DNA of 64,000 nt from Fistulifera solaris (Eukaryota), in the NCBI GenBank assembly GCA_030295235.1, contig AP026162.1, positions 930,001 to 994,000 of the forward strand. The letters run 5' to 3'. Within the stretch, counting starts at the first letter, position 1; every line of letters begins with the position of its first letter. The translations under genes and the position numbers were made by a program. Below are positions 62,716 to 64,000 of the stretch, in pieces. Below the pieces are notes generated by a model. That model searched no databases, was not told where the DNA came from, and worked only from the letters and a program-made list of their open reading frames with translations.

Positions 62716-64000
62716 ATGTTTGCTGACGAGCTAGCGGGAAACTCCAGTCGTAAGCGGGCGGAAGAAAACAAAGCTCGAAGATTGAGACTCAAGGCGCAAC
62801 AACAGAGAAAGGCGACGAGTGAGAAAAATGTGTCGTCGACACCCGTTCTTGTCGCTGACGAGGCAGTGCCGCTCGCCGAGCCCTCTTCAATCAAACCGTG
62901 TTTATCTTCTCTATCGACAGAGCATACTACTTCAGCAGTGGCGAAGAACGTTTCGTCGACACCAGCAGCACCCAAAACAATCACTTCTTCCGCACAACTC
63001 TCAGCTGTCGAGAAAGCTGAACAACAGCGTCAAATTCGAGCCGAAACAACAAAAAGGTTCAAGCTTCGATCGTGATTCAAACATTTTATCGCCGATATAA
63101 CTGTAACGTTGACTTAAGAAAGCACCATGTTGAATTGTTATCCAAACGGACACAAGATATAAGTACGATTCGTGAGATGCTGCTTCAGACAAAGAATATC
63201 AGATATGTACCCCCACCTGCAACCGCGACAGCTATGGTACGGCAGCTTCTTTTTCTCACTACGCGGGTTATTTACGATAACAAGACGAAAATGAGAGTGA
63301 GGGTGAAACGTATTGACTCTTTTCGCCATTTGGATTTGCTCGCCAGTTTGGTGAATAACGTATTGCTGCCAGGGATGTCTAGTGTGGACGAGAAAGTCAA
63401 CCCTATGTTGTCATGGCTTGCAACACAAGAAGGACGAACTCGACTTCAACATCTTTTGCGTGTCGTGATGGTTGCTATTTCGTCAAAAAAGACAAATGGA
63501 AATGTTTTGGATTCACTTCTCCATTTCTTGCAGTCGGTACTAGGACTATCGAAAGATACATCAGCTCCGAAACAGGTTCAAGACTATTGCTGCTCGTTAT
63601 TATTTCCCAACAATTTGCCATTCTATGATTCGTCGCCATCAGACGATCCTCCCTATGCTTTTGAAAACAGCGATCTAGCAATGATTTCAATTGTGCGTTA
63701 CTTCCTACTATTCATATCCGCGGGACCGGACCCCATTCCCCCGGATGCCATGAACGCACGCGAATCATGCATTCCAGAAGCGTCCAGAGAGCAGGGTGGT
63801 GAGCTATTCTTGATTGTTTTACATGCTGTTAATCGTGCTCCTATGTCGAACAGACGTGGGCTCCAGAGCCAGATGGTTACCATGCTGATGACACTACCCC
63901 TCTTTACGTGGAAGGTCTCTAGTGCTGCTTTGAATGTCTTAATACATACAAATGATGCTTCAACAAGAACACCCATGGTTGAACTAATCGAGTCATTCAT
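62716..64000 (+). CDS. 5' part of a UBE3B/C-like HECT E3 ligase with IQ motif; frameshift near 63052; continues beyond window
   Basis: KAEQQRQIRAE then, after an A-run shift, VQASIVIQTFYRRY and MVRQLLF; the HECT domain itself is not in the window. Confidence 0.6.

Noticed and set aside
1059..64000. Frameshifts in many conserved genes as programmed frameshifting or mass pseudogenisation
   Set aside because: They fall mostly in homopolymer runs of essential genes (CysRS, ValRS, ATAD3, COPE), as expected for long-read indel errors
1..64000. tRNA, rRNA or snRNA genes
   Set aside because: None recognised by eye; tRNAscan-SE or Infernal is needed to exclude them

Overview
Gene-dense eukaryotic nuclear DNA, most likely a pennate diatom (inferred from 63-99 bp GT-AG introns, tiny intergenic gaps and stramenopile-like gene content). 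About 25 protein-coding genes are supported. Many are split by single-base indels in homopolymer runs, which points to an unpolished long-read assembly. Accessory DNA includes a ~4 kb element with ~740 bp inverted repeats carrying decayed host-gene fragments, four tandem-repeat arrays, a 203 bp Helitron-like element and a 4.2 kb block bounded by direct repeats. The main leads are: (1) a GdmH-like guanidine hydrolase whose first intron is unusually long and structured, with competing splice donors (candidate riboswitch-like splicing control), next to two membrane-protein genes; (2) a recurrent bipartite palindrome CA[AC]GACT-N7-AGTCA[CT]GA at promoter/repeat boundaries; (3) the Pack-TIR-like element. 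All identifications come from motif recognition by eye; no searches were run.
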